Below, piece by piece: positions 51,015 to 63,346 of a DNA stretch of 64,000 bases; the first letter of the stretch is position 1, and each line of letters opens with the position of its first letter. This stretch comes from Vitrella brassicaformis CCMP3155 (Eukaryota; Protista; Chromerida): assembly GCA_001179505.1 (NCBI GenBank), contig CDMY01000831.1, forward strand, positions 124,001 to 188,000. Reading direction: 5' to 3'. Made by a program: the position numbers and the translations under genes. The notes below the pieces were generated by a model. It was not told the DNA's origin and searched no databases. It saw only the letters and a list, made by a program, of their open reading frames with translations.

Positions 51015-51606
51015 TCACGGGGAGGAGGGATCGATCCCCGCCCCATCAGCACACCCCAGTCCTGCAAACCCTCCCCTGCCTCCCCCACGCAGACAGTAGC
51101 TAGTCGCACGCGCGAGGGCGATAGACAAGCGAGAGCGAATCCATCCAGACACATGACTGAACCCCCGACCCTTCCACCCCTCCTTCTCCAACAGCGCATG
51201 AGCCATGTGGGCGATGAACACGTTGGCATCGTGTCCCCACACACCGTCACACGTCACCACCAGAGGGCAGAAGGTCACGCGGGAGTCGCAGACGGCCGAG
51301 TGATATTTCTTCTTCTTGGCGGTCTCGTACTGCTTCAGGTTGGACTTGATCGATCGGTTCTTGGAAGCATAAGGCCGGGCAACAAATATACACAGTTTGT
51401 CGAGAGTGATTTTTGCTCGCCTTGAGGTAGAGTGAGGTTGAGTACGTATTTTAGAAGGGCTGGACAAGACGAGACGACAGAGGTTTCGGCAGAATTCACG
51501 TGTGGTGCACGGAAACTGGCTTTGTTCCAAGTTGATCGTTCTGTTTGCTGAGTGCATGCGGCGACCGCTGAGGAACAGGAAGGCTGCAGTTACAAAGGCT
51601 TCGACG
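51015..51606 (-). mobile_element. 3' part of a non-LTR retrotransposon ORF (restriction-like endonuclease domain, CRE/NeSL/R2-superfamily style); 5' side lost in the gap
   Basis: KKKKYHSAVCDSRVTFCPLVVTCDGVWGHDANVFIAHMA...FSHVSGWIRSRLSIALARATSYCLRG is the typical C-terminal signature of RLE-bearing non-LTR elements. Intronless and abuts the N gap. Confidence 0.75.
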
Positions 51607-51906
51607 NNNNNNNNNNNNNNNNNNNNNNNNNNNNNNNNNNNNNNNNNNNNNNNNNNNNNNNNNNNNNNNNNNNNNNNNNNNNNNNNNNNNNNNNNNNNNN
51701 NNNNNNNNNNNNNNNNNNNNNNNNNNNNNNNNNNNNNNNNNNNNNNNNNNNNNNNNNNNNNNNNNNNNNNNNNNNNNNNNNNNNNNNNNNNNNNNNNNNN
51801 NNNNNNNNNNNNNNNNNNNNNNNNNNNNNNNNNNNNNNNNNNNNNNNNNNNNNNNNNNNNNNNNNNNNNNNNNNNNNNNNNNNNNNNNNNNNNNNNNNNN
51901 NNNNNN
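51607..51906. other. Assembly gap (300 N)
   Basis: N run followed by poly-G. Confidence 0.95.
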
Positions 51907-53036
51907 GGGGGGGGGGGGGGGCATTAAAGGGCAGACGTGTAGGTATTCGAGGCAGACGATGATGCATAGAAAGACGAGCGCATTTCGGTAGGACGGCAGG
52001 CATTGGTATTGGCGGAGCTTTGCAAAGGGAGACTGCGCGCTGTCATGATGCGGGGGCGTGTTATGGGGGCGTCTTGCCTCAGAAGTGAATGAGACCTTTT
52101 TGTGTGGTTCAAGCTGTTTCAGTGACCGTTGTCGTCTTGTGCGGCGACTGTGGCTCGAGAAACTTGTGGATATATGCTCAGTCGCCTGTCAAAATACGCC
52201 GGAAGATGTCCAGAGAGTACCTCAGTTTCTCACTGATTTCGCATCGTCAACGCACGTTCGACTTGCGCCTGCATCTGCGTAGGCCACAGACGTGTAGAGC
52301 AATTACGTACGGTCATCTTTGCACTGATTGTCAATGATTTATCGTATTGCGTTCGCAGGATATCGGTCAGATAGGTAATCGGCATTTGCTGCCATTCATA
52401 AGGTGAAGATGAAGCCCACACAACCACACAACCGTGCGCTGCAGATCTGGATGCGTGTGTGTGTGTGTGTCTGTCTGTCTGTGTCTGTGTCTGTGTTCTG
52501 TGTGGTGTCTTTCAGCGCTACACACACAGGATGATCAGCTGTGATTGCCTAGTGCTCAAGCTGGTCGGCGAGGTGACGAACGCCTTTGAGAACATGGCAA
52601 TGCTCACCATGTCCTGCTTGCCAGGCTCCGCCAGACTTAGACATACAAAACACAAGCAGACAAGACGGCAACTCGAGCCACTCACTGCAGACACAAGCCT
52701 GCATCATGTGCAGGTAGCGAAACGGAGACACTTTAAGCTTTCGTCTGCATCCATCAGACAAACACTCATGTGTGACTCAAAACGTAACACTCAATACGAC
52801 ACAGTGAAAATCAAGGGGGGGAGGAAGACACAATGCCGATTCGCGCTGCTGCCGTTCACTCACCGCGAGCTCTGCGAAAGCTCGCCACCATCCTCTTCGA
52901 TCGCAACCGTTACATGCACGTACATGCGCATGAATTGAACAAAACGTGCTCTACTATACCAACTCATGAATGGACAAACCAACGGATAACGGTCGACCGT
53001 TCAGAAGAGGTCCGGATCGGCCCCGCTTCCTTCCCC

Positions 53037-53996
53037 ATGAACAACGCTCCCCCTTCTCCCCGCGCGCCGTTGGAGGCCCCATCTAGCGCCTTCACCGCCG
53101 TCTACGCAGAGGAGCTTCTCAAGCAGGCCGAGGACCACCGGCACACACAGCGAGAACTCATCGACGAGCTCCGACGACAGCGAGACAGAGCCGAGAGTGA
53201 GAGGGAGGAGTGGAAGAAGCGCTGTGAGCGAGCCGAATAGAGGGCTGCTGATTTGGAGAGACAACTGAAGGAGAAGGGAGACCATGACATCATCGAGTAC
53301 CTGAGCATTCCCTGGGATGGGGGCTGGTTCAATGGCGACGTCAAGAACGGCAGACGTCGACAGCCACACGGGTACGGCATCTACACCGGCCCAGCTGTCA
53401 GAAGCGAGGGTCAATGGGCCAACGGCAAGAAGCACGGAGCCTTCAAGGAGTGGAGTGTCAAAACCGGTCTGCTGCTGTTTGAGGGAGCCTACAAGGAGGA
53501 CAGAAAAGATGGGACAGTGACCGAGTACTATGACATGTACCATGATCGCTGCAACGTGAAGTTTGAAGGCATGTACAAAAGAGGGAAGAAGGACGGACCG
53601 GCGAAGGAGTATTGGTTCGAGAATTGTGCAAACATGGGAGCTTTGCTGACCTTTGAAGGAGCGTACAAGGACGGAAAACGGGAAGGGCCAGCGAAAGAAT
53701 GCCAGTTATATGGCTATAGGAATGTATTGGTTTTTGACGGGGCCTACAGAAATGACAAGAGGGACGGGCCAGCGAAAGAGTACAGTGAGCATGGCAGGCT
53801 GACTTTTGAAGGAGCGTCCAAGGACGGGAAACGCGAAGGGCCAGCGAAAGAACACAGATATCCCGAGAAATTGGTTTTTGACGGGGCCTATAGAAATGAT
53901 AAGAGGGACGGGCCAGCAAAAGAGTACAATGACCAGGGCAGGCTGACTTTCGATGGGGTGTACGCAGATGGCAAACAGCAGAGGCAGGGTCAGTGA
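53037..53996 (+). pseudogene. Intronless coiled-coil + MORN-variant (YwqK-like) repeat gene interrupted by an in-frame TAG at 53238-53240
   Basis: ORFs 52833-53240 and 53253-53996 share a frame: ...KKRCERAE*RAADLERQLKEK...; repeats of FEGAYKDGKREGPAKEY / FDGAYRNDKRDGPAKEY. Confidence 0.75.
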
Positions 53997-54302
53997 GTGA
54001 CTGGGGTGGGATTACATGACTGCAGTGATTGGACAGAGGTGCCTTCATGTGTAGGCCATCAAATGCACTACGTGTCTCGTTCACGTCTCTCTGTCTCTGT
54101 GTGTGGGTCTGATACACAAAACCGTCCATATACACACACGCCTTTGTGACACTTGTGTCACATCGCGGCACCTCTCCATGCGGCCAAAATGCCAGTGAAC
54201 GAGGCGACAAAACGCGCACACACTGCTATATATTGTCAAAGCAGGCGCACAAAGGCACACAAAGGCAGAGAACAAAACCGTTCTCTCACTACACAAAAGC
54301 GG

Positions 54303-56351
54303 CTAGAGGACGAAAGGCACGATCCGATACGGCACTTTCTCCTGGTACTTGGCCCAGTCCTTGCCGTATTTGCTGGCGCAGCGTGCGTCGTCCCTGTAGG
54401 CCCGATCCAGCAGCAAAATCGTCAAGTAAACCTACACACACACACACACACACATCCGTAGAGAGAAACCCAGCCAGCGCTCATTTCGGTGGCTGAGCTA
54501 CCGTGTAGAAGTAGGGCAATATGTATGAGAGCGTCACGGGCGGCGCCCACATCAACGCGGCCAATATCTCGGGCAGATAGTGAAAATGCCTGCACACACC
54601 AACCACACCATACGCAGTCCATACATCCATCCACCACAAGACACATTGCTCACCCACCCAGCCGCCCACTCACCGTGCGAGTCCCCACCAGCCCGACGCC
54701 AGCAGCAGCGATTGTTTGAGCTCCCCCGCTTCAGTGCGGTACGTGGCCACGATCATCTGCGGCTTCCTCCCCCATACCATAGCCTCACCGCTGGTGGCGC
54801 GGAACACCTGACGCTGCCGGTCGCTGTCGTAATTCACCCTGACAGTCACATGGATGGATGGATGGACAGATGGAGAGGGGGGGAAGGGTTACCAGATGAA
54901 GAATGCGCCGAGGAAGAGGCACATTGCGGTGAGGGGGATGCCGATGGTGATTGGATGCATCACACACCAGTGGGCAGATGACGTGTACACCGCTGCACAC
55001 ACACACACACACACACTCAGAGAGAGGGATGGTATGTCTTTTTCGAGAGTGTGTGTGTGCTGTGATGCTGCTCACATGGCACCCAGACCATGCATCCCCA
55101 GCAGATGTAGTAGCCCGCCCGGTCGTGCTGGATGTCCATCGTGCAGAAGTAGCCCGTCTCCCACACAAAGAACTTCAGCAGGTAGATCCACTGAAGGCAC
55201 ACAGATATCTGCAGGCACCCACCACACACAAACATCACAAACATGACACACACCCTTGTTGTGTGGCTATGGGGGCAGCTGAGCTGACCAGCATGGCGTC
55301 GCTGACGTAGCCAAAGGTCTCATACTGTTTGCATGCAAAGGAGAGGCACGCAATGGCCCACCAAGTGAGGCCGAACCGGTCGTTGGTGAACTGTTTGACA
55401 TCCCACCCCAGTACTGAATGAACCACACACACACACAGGCAGAGAGAGAGGGAGAGGGAGAGGGAGAGGGGGAGGAGAGAGAGAGAGAGATCACACACAT
55501 CGCTCATATGTGTGTGGTGCTGCTCACTGTTGGGGTACAGTTCAGTGCCATAGAAGAAGTCGAACATGGGATTGTCGGTGGTGCCGGAGTCCTTCGACGA
55601 GGGGAAGGTGATGCCCTTGACGTAGAGCATCAGACAAAACAGCAGGGCAAACACCGTCAGGGCCGACAGGATCTCCCCATAATGGTCATACAATATCCCT
55701 GACACACACGCGCATATCAGGGGTGTTGTGTGAGCATCCCCTCTCTCCCTGTCGCCCTCTGTGTGTGTGTACCTCCGTTGTATAGCCCCAGGCCGAACTG
55801 CGAGCCGCCAACAAACAGCGCATTCATCAGCAGAAAGTACTCCACGCCGTTGGCGTGATACGTGTTGCGATAGCCAGTGGGGCTGGGCGGACCTGCACAC
55901 CCACAACCCCACCACACCCACTGCCGACACCTCCCTTGTGAGTCACAGTGTACTGACCTTTGTACATCTTGCAGGGGATCAGCCGAGTGAGCCCAAGCGC
56001 CAACCCAATGAAGCACCCAATGATCTGCCACGCCCTCACATCCACAGGCGACGGCACCTCCCGCACAAATGCCATCACCCCTCTCCCTCCCTCGGCAGCA
56101 AACACGCCAGCCACCCTGGCAAGATCTCCATCTTGCCTCTGGATGACCCACCACAGCAGCACAGGGACGATGGGCGTGACGATGAGCAGGAAGAGGGTGC
56201 CGAGAGTGCGCCTGTAAGGGATGAGCCCGACGCAGACGCCTGTGTTGTTGAGCCACATGGAGCCATCCCCGTCGGCGGTCTTGTCCTTGTCAGATCTGGC
56301 ATCATCGCGTGTTGATGCTGACGTAGCGGCTGTGTCTGGCGTGGCCGCCAT
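54303..56351 (-). CDS. DHCR7: 7-dehydrocholesterol (sterol delta-7) reductase, DHCR7/DWF5 type, multi-exon (upstream exons possible)
   Basis: [14 protein letters not shown]; [11 protein letters not shown]; [12 protein letters not shown]; [15 protein letters not shown]; [36 protein letters not shown]; [12 protein letters not shown]; [31 protein letters not shown]. Confidence 0.9.
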
Positions 56352-57372
56352 GCTGACGTGACACGCGGAGTAACACACCTGATCACTCGAAGGGAATGTG
56401 GAACTCGCGCCTGCTGCGAGCTTGAATCCTGGCCAAAGCTGCGAGGATGGGAGGCGCGCAAGCTGCCTGGCTTCGCTGCGATGATGCGCAGGCAGAGGGA
56501 TGATGATTCCATGCCGAGTGGGGCTGACGGAGGAGGGGAACGACGTCCACGTGGCAGACGCTGTTATCACATGACCCACAGTGCTTTCCTTCTCTTCCAT
56601 GTGGGAGCCGCTGGCTGTCTCGCTCACTTGACTGCACATATTTCGTGAGAGACACATGACGTCGACTGCGCGAGACGCATGTATGTATTTGAGCGTCTGA
56701 TGGATCGTAACAGCTGCACACGAACCCCTCCCCTCTCCTTCCCCAAACATACCGAATCGGACACAGAATAAAGAGGGCTGAAGGTCGCTATTAGATACAC
56801 TTATGAAAGACCAACGCAGCACTAATTGGTGCGTGGCACAGCCTGTGGTGCAGCCACACGACCTGTCAGTCAGGTGAGGTGGCGAGATGGTACACAAATA
56901 GCCAGTGAGATACACATCTTCAGGACGCCCAGCAGACACACAAAACATACACACGACGGGACGGGAGGGGAGGGGTAGAGACATCTGGATATGAGACCTT
57001 ACTTGATGATACCCAGCCATTACAACCTGACGAAGAGCCTAATTGCATCAGCCACACAAATCGCACCGCACCTGCCTGGGCGGGTTGATTCTCAGAACAG
57101 CGACACAACAAAAACATCACTGATGCTCACATACGCCGGCCACTTATGATATAGACAGCATACACACATCGATAGCACATGCACATACGTACAAAATGCG
57201 CCTGCGCTCGCACCTCTCTCTCCCTACTCTCCCACACACACCAAGGACAGCATAGCACCGAATAGTTTTTCCTTCCAGCCGCCAGCATTGTGACCACACA
57301 ACCATCCCTTCAGCTGGTGACTATCTCAAGTCGATCCATTCCAGCAGTAGCCTGATGCACAATGGAAGCCAC

Positions 57373-60300
57373 TCATCCATGGGACAGTGGTTGCAGACTT
57401 GACTGACGTACGTGCAGTTCGAGGGCCTTCACTGCCTGCGTGGCTTCAGTGCTGACGGCCTGGTCAGGGTGCTTGGTGAAGCGCTGGATGGCCTTGACGC
57501 AGCCGCCCTATCGACAAAGGACAGGAGGACACACACAGTGACATATGTGTTCGCCCGTACCTAGCCACCCACCCTGCAAGTGATGTCATCCTTGGCTCGC
57601 TGGCTCAATGTGACACTCGTGTCGCTGATGGGGAGAGCGGCACAAACGATAAGGCGCTCATCAGTGATGCATCTGCCCCTTGCACACGCGCACCCCTACT
57701 TGAGGATGATGTTGAAGGATTCCAGCATCAGAAACTCCAGATGGTCGGCCCCCAGGCCGCCACACGCAATGTCAAGACACCCGTGGTCGATTGCAGCGAT
57801 CCGCTGTACCGCAGAGAACCCCACACAAGCCAGCCCATAGAGAGCAGCCGGCGCGTCTCTAAATGGTACGCGTCCACCTGTCTGTCGTTCCCCTTCCGCA
57901 GCAGCAGGGCGCATGTCAGCGCCAAGACCGTCACATAGCTGCTGGACGGCCCGTCTTTTTTGGAACGGAAAGCTTCCTCAGTGATGGCCAAGGTGCCAGC
58001 ATCGACCAGACTGCCAAGAAGGGCAGACTGCGCCTCTGGCCACACACCTGAGCACACACACACATGCCCACCCACACAGCCACATGGGTCAGTGACTTGC
58101 CTTGGGCTGTGCTGCTGTGGTAAGCTTACCATTGGGGATAAAGTTCATTGTTTTCAGGATCACGAGCATTATGTTGGCGGCGTGAATGGGCAGGTGGGAA
58201 TCAGACGATAGCAGCAGCGACGACAGCTTCGCGATCATCTGTTTATCAGAGAACAGAGCGGGGGCAGCTGCCTGACACGACTGGCAGGACTTGTCGAGCA
58301 GTGACGCTGCACGCAACAACAACAACAAAACAGCCCCCAGACAGACAGACAGACAGACAATGAGCGACACACTATGACCCGTTGTGCTGCTTCTCACCCA
58401 CTGCGACATTTTGGAGTGTCTGTGCCGCCGATCTGGTGATGTTGACGTAGTCGTAATCGAGCAGCTGCACCAGCAGGGGCACCCCGCCCGCGTCGATGAG
58501 CTCATCTGCCCACGGCAATTTGGCCTCCGCCGCCACAAACATGGTGTGGAACAGGGGGATGAAGACACCTGCCGTCCGGTTGTTGTCGTCGGGCAGCTCC
58601 AGAGATTCCTTGACAATCGCCACGAGGGAGGGGATAGCCCCGACCCTGTCATAGGCACACAGGAAGAGACAATGCCCCCAGTCGACCGAGGTGAATGATT
58701 GTGTGTGTCGGCACTCACCCTATGAGAGCCTCGACCGTGTTGACGCCCGCTTTCGCCAACTTGAGCAAGAGCTTCAGAGCTTCCAGCAGCACCATCGGCT
58801 CAGCCGTCGCTCCCAACAGGGGAATAATAGCGGCCCCAAACCTATCAGCAATGACTGTCGAGGTGAAATCTGGATCCTCGCTGTTACTGACGATCATGTC
58901 CGCGGCCTTCAGAACGAGCAGCTGCATATGCGGGTCGCTGCCCTCCAGTCCCTTCAGCAGGACCGACGTCATCGCTTTGACGCGGGCCGCTTCATCCTCA
59001 GCTTCATCGATGGAGCTGTAGTATTCAGCCAAGGGGTCCGCCGCATCAGGCTCGTCACCGCCTGCTGAGTTGATGCTCTCCACGGCCTCCTTGGCGCTCG
59101 TCCTGATGACGTCAGTGGGGTGCTCAAGGAAGGCCTCGATCCCTTTTCGGCAGCCAGTCTGCAGACACACAGCCACCACAGCAGCCCACGTTGACGGACG
59201 TACCCACAGCCGCGTGTGCGTGTGTGTTCGGTGCAGTGAGACCGTTGGAAGAATGGCGGTTTTGGCTCGCTGCCTTAAGCTGCCACTGAACAATCAGCCC
59301 CCCCAAAAAGGGCATGCCTGTGCCGCATCGTGTATCGCACCGTCGTACCTGAGGATAGCGGCGAAGGACTCCATCAGCTCATCGTTGAGGAGATCGTTCT
59401 CAAAGCGCCCCCAGTCCGGCCGCTGCTCAACACGGTCCTTCAGCAATTTGCAGAACGAGTCGATGCAGGAGTGGTCAACTGTGTAGCTTTGCTGCACGCG
59501 GCGCACACACCATACCAATACGTCATGAGGTGCCAGGTGCTGCTGGTGGTGGAGTGGTGGTGGTGGTGGTGGTGGTCACCTCTGTGTCGTTTCCTTTGCG
59601 CATCAGCAGCGCGCATCCACCACGGTACGCCGCCATGAAAGTCGACCAGTCATTCGTATTCCGCCCCTCCTGCATCGATGCAGTGAGGGCATTGGGCAGC
59701 ACGTCGGCGTCGATTATGTTCTCGAGAATGGCTGGCTGCGACTCGGGCACTTCTCCTGATCGCACACAGGTTCGAATAAACGCCATCGAAGCCGGCGGTG
59801 GTTCGGTGCTCGTGTGTGTGTGTGTGTGTGTGTGACGTCTGTCATCTTACGAACGGTATCAGCCAGGCCGACCAAAGTCATCCCTATGATGTCGGCGGCA
59901 TACTGACGCATCTCGTCGTCGGCCGACAAGAGCAGCGGCGAGAGCTTCGTGAGCAATCCGCTCTCGAACAAGGTGTAGCAGTACTGCCAAGGGGAAACTT
60001 CGGCGGTCTCCTTCGGCGCTGCAACCAAGACAAATGATAGCAGATTGGTGTGAACATAAAACATCCCTCTCGCATACCGAATTGGAAGTGTCTGATGATG
60101 GTGGTTGCGCCTCTCTTGACCTCCTTGTGCTTGTGGTCCAGCAGCTGCACGAAAGAAGGCAGCCCGTCGGCCTCGAGCAGCTCATCCGCCCACGGCAGGC
60201 CATTATCATCGGCCACGAGCACCACCAGGTGCAAGAGCATGATGAGGGCCGTACCTAGGAAACCCCATGGAAGCTGCACAGCCTGCTTGAGGGCCTCTGT

Positions 60301-60712
60301 GAAGGAAGATATGGCACCCACCCTGACGAAGACACACCGAGAGCGAGAGAGAGATCTCCAAGTTGCAATCGCGCCCGTTTATTGTTCACCGTATGAGTGC
60401 CTCCACTGCCTTGGCGCCTGTGCTTCCCATCTCGACCAGCAGCTTCGATGCCTCCACCTGCACAGCCGACCCAGCAGACCCTCCCAGGAGGGCGATGACA
60501 GCTGCACCGAAACGGTCAGCAATGACAGCAGCAGCGTCACCCGGCTGTGTGTTCTTGGCGATGACCGCAGACATTGCCCGCAGAGCGCTCAGCTGCTGGT
60601 GCCTGTTGCCGCTCTCGAGCTGCGACAGGAGACTGGGCGAAGCGTTGGCTTCCGAAGCGCCGAAAACAGCGGCCGGCAGGGAAGCAAAGGCGAAAACCAG
60701 AGCCAGCAACAT
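57373..60712 (-). CDS. Armadillo-repeat protein with two tandem importin-alpha-like modules and an N-terminal signal peptide (3' end approximate)
   Basis: MLLALVFAFASLPAAVFGASEA; duplicated motifs VIADRFGAAVIALLG / VIADRFGAAIIPLLG, LPWADELLEADGLPSFVQLLD / LPWADELIDAGGVPLLVQLLD, GCRKGIEAFLEHP / GCVKAIQRFTKHP. Confidence 0.75.
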
Positions 60713-62047
60713 CGCTCAAGGGAAAAACTTGCCTGATGCCCAACGACAGCTCAAGAACTGAGCACAGTTGTCCCACTATTTTTTCCTCGGCACTGCTCTG
60801 GAATTTTTGGTCAGGGCGTCTTCTACCCACCCCTAGACAGACAATGAAACACTCGATCGCCGCTGCCTCGCATCTCCACGAACGCACTCAGTGGCATAAG
60901 TGCGTCATGACAATCAACACGCACAGCACATACATCCCAGCTAGCTGCCGAACCGAAAAGGGCAATTGAATATCCTACTACACTAGCTACCCGTCCTAGC
61001 TACCCGTCCCGCATATCCACATTGTGATAAAAAACTACGAGAGTCACACTGCTCTGGACGTGCTTGGCGGCTATAGTGTGCTCGACAGGGATGCATGGGA
61101 TATGTATCGCGATATGTATATGCGATGTATTCTCTCCCGCCGTCATGACGACCACGCGCCTCATTTGCCAGTGGGCGCGGTACCATCGACTGACCACCCA
61201 GAGGTGGGCCACCGCAGTGACGTCTCGGCGACGGTCTCGCAAGCGGACGCTTCTCGTTATATAATCTCGTCAGCCGCGTGAATCCTGTCTTGTTGAGCAG
61301 CGCATCAGCGTCCAGCCACTCATCAAGTGGGCGCGTACAGCCTGTGTCCGAGTGAGTAGCTGTTCTGCTCGCACGTTCCTTTCTTTCCTGACAGACACAA
61401 ACAGCGGAGCAGCACAGAACAAACAGGGCACAGTCAGCCAGTCAGTCAGTCAGTCAGTCAGTCACGACCGATGGGCTCCATCTCCTCCCGCCTCGTGTAT
61501 GTGTATATATGTATGTGTGTTGATGCAGTAGGTAGGTGTAGCCGCTTTTATGGCGGCCGGCCGTGTCGGTCATGTGCAGTGCAGGCTGATCGATCGACTT
61601 GGGAGGGAGCGGGGGAACGCAGCCAGCGGTCACTGACAGACATCACATCTATCACATGCGGTGTATTGGCGGTTGAAGCCATTCATATGTGTGAGTCAAT
61701 ACGTCACATACACAGCGGGCAGGGCAGGGCAGCGCCAACCCAACTGCAGGCCATGTCATGATCAACAACTCAACAAGAAGAAACTACTTATGCAGACAGA
61801 CCCGCAAGATGACGGACAGACAGACAAAAGGAGAGGGAGAGAGAAGGCAGGCATTTCAGCAGATACGTGGCCCCCTCCCCGCCTCCCTCCCTTCTAGCAA
61901 GACAGACCAGCAAAAGTGGACACAGCAGCAAAGTGGACACAGCGGCAAGCATGCCATCCCCACACACACTACCTGCGGCAGACAGACAGCCCGACGCTCT
62001 CAGAACACCGAAACTTCTCCTTCTCCCCTCCCTCCCTCCCTCCCTGT

Positions 62048-62347
62048 NNNNNNNNNNNNNNNNNNNNNNNNNNNNNNNNNNNNNNNNNNNNNNNNNNNNN
62101 NNNNNNNNNNNNNNNNNNNNNNNNNNNNNNNNNNNNNNNNNNNNNNNNNNNNNNNNNNNNNNNNNNNNNNNNNNNNNNNNNNNNNNNNNNNNNNNNNNNN
62201 NNNNNNNNNNNNNNNNNNNNNNNNNNNNNNNNNNNNNNNNNNNNNNNNNNNNNNNNNNNNNNNNNNNNNNNNNNNNNNNNNNNNNNNNNNNNNNNNNNNN
62301 NNNNNNNNNNNNNNNNNNNNNNNNNNNNNNNNNNNNNNNNNNNNNNN
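62048..62347. other. Assembly gap (300 N) flanked by (CCCT)n
   Basis: N run. Confidence 0.95.
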
Positions 62348-62403
62348 GTCCCTCCCTCCCTCCCTATGCGTTGGTGCACACTCGACACACTCAATTGCAA
62401 TGC

Positions 62404-63021
62404 TTAAGAGGCGCAGAAGTAGGCGATGCATACCACGCTCACACTTACAACGCCCCAGAACGCCCACAGAGGATACACCAAAAAGCAGAGCAGAGCAGAC
62501 ACAAAAGACACAATGAAAACCCCCGTGATGAATTTATCACGGTATAGTAGTATTTCTATAGGGTCTGTAGAAATGACTACTATGACAATACAGGCAAAGA
62601 AGAGCCAAAACGCACCCTTCAGTACCAATGTCACCCACCAATCCACAGCCGCCCGCTGCTGCATTCTTTGTTCCCGTCGAGCAGTGGCCATGTCCGCCCG
62701 GTATTCCTCTCTGGCCTTGTCGATCTGCATGTGCATCTCCTCAACAGCCACCTGCAGACGCCGCTCCTCCTCCTGGCCGGCCCGCTCTCGCTCGGTTGTG
62801 CTCCACAGCAAGTCGATGGTGTCGCTCATCTTGCCCAGCCCCTCCTTGATGCGGGCCAGGCGCTCATGGGCAGCGCGAAGACTGCTGTAGTTGAGTGCAC
62901 CAGCCAGCAGGCACATCACTAGCAGGCACAGCACGATGCCCAGGAGGGATCTGTCGCGGTTGGTGGTCTTGGCTCGTGCCTTGATGAGCTCATCAGACGC
63001 CTCCTCCAATGTCATTATCAT
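62404..63021 (-). CDS. Intronless TM - coiled-coil - multi-TM hypothetical protein
   Basis: MIMTLEEASDELIKARAK...LLGIVLCLLVMCLLAGAL, an E/R/Q-rich heptad region, then about 3 hydrophobic helices to the stop at 62404. Confidence 0.7.
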   Translation of the reverse strand: MIMTLEEASDELIKARAKTTNRDRSLLGIVLCLLVMCLLAGALNYSSLRAAHERLARIKEGLGKMSDTIDLLWSTTERERAGQEEERRLQVAVEEMHMQIDKAREEYRADMATARREQRMQQRAAVDWWVTLVLKGAFWLFFACIVIVVISTDPIEILLYRDKFITGVFIVSFVSALLCFLVYPLWAFWGVVSVSVVCIAYFCAS

Positions 63022-63172
63022 CGCCCTTCCAGCCAGCTGCAGGAGGGGAGATCTGCAGACAGGCAGAGAGGAATGCATTTGGTCGAAAGATTCTTTTCCA
63101 AGAGCTTTTGGTGGCTCTCGCCTGAGTAGTTTCTTTGCTTGTGCGTTCAGATCACAGCGCAGCTTTTTTAAG

Positions 63173-63186
63173 GCGATCGCGATCGC
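63173..63186. promoter_or_regulatory. Perfect 14 bp palindrome GCGATCGCGATCGC at the midpoint of a divergent intergenic region
   Basis: Self-complementary sequence roughly midway between ATGs at 63021 (-) and 63347 (+). Regulatory function is inferred only from position. Confidence 0.35.
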
Positions 63187-63346
63187 ATTTGCGAGCTCTT
63201 ATCTGCGAGCTTGTCTTGTAGCCCTGTCTTATCCTTTTTGTCTTCCTTTCCAGGTACTCCTCAAAGCCAAGGCCGTCACTCACAACAACTCACAAGACAG
63301 ACAAGCTTCTAGGCCCTCGTCAGAGTCAATCACATCAATCGGTGAA

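Noticed and set aside
51907-52800. Short ORFs after the gap as a continuation of the retroelement or a gene
   Set aside because: No RT or other recognisable motif, and the frames are short and inconsistent.
27855-53240. Alternative genetic code (stop-codon reassignment) as the explanation for in-frame stops
   Set aside because: All three stop types occur, and the conserved genes (CSE1, ERD2, NOC4, DHCR7, TBCD) have no internal stops in their motifs and end at TAA/TAG/TGA normally.
60983-61945. Tiny tandem duplications (CTAGCTACCCGTCC x2 at ~60984; CAGCAAAGTGGACACAG-like x2 at ~61908; also ACATCGCATGGACAG x2 at ~20778)
   Set aside because: Consistent with ordinary replication slippage, with no evidence of function.
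20176-62365. Poly-G/poly-C runs and long X-containing ORFs at the gaps as biological elements
   Set aside because: They flank fixed-size 300-N scaffold gaps and most likely reflect sequencing dropout. ORFs spanning Ns are artefacts.
63173-63186. Cyanobacterial HIP1 (GCGATCGC) signature implying horizontal transfer
   Set aside because: Only one local overlapping pair and no general enrichment seen. Kept only as a possible promoter palindrome.
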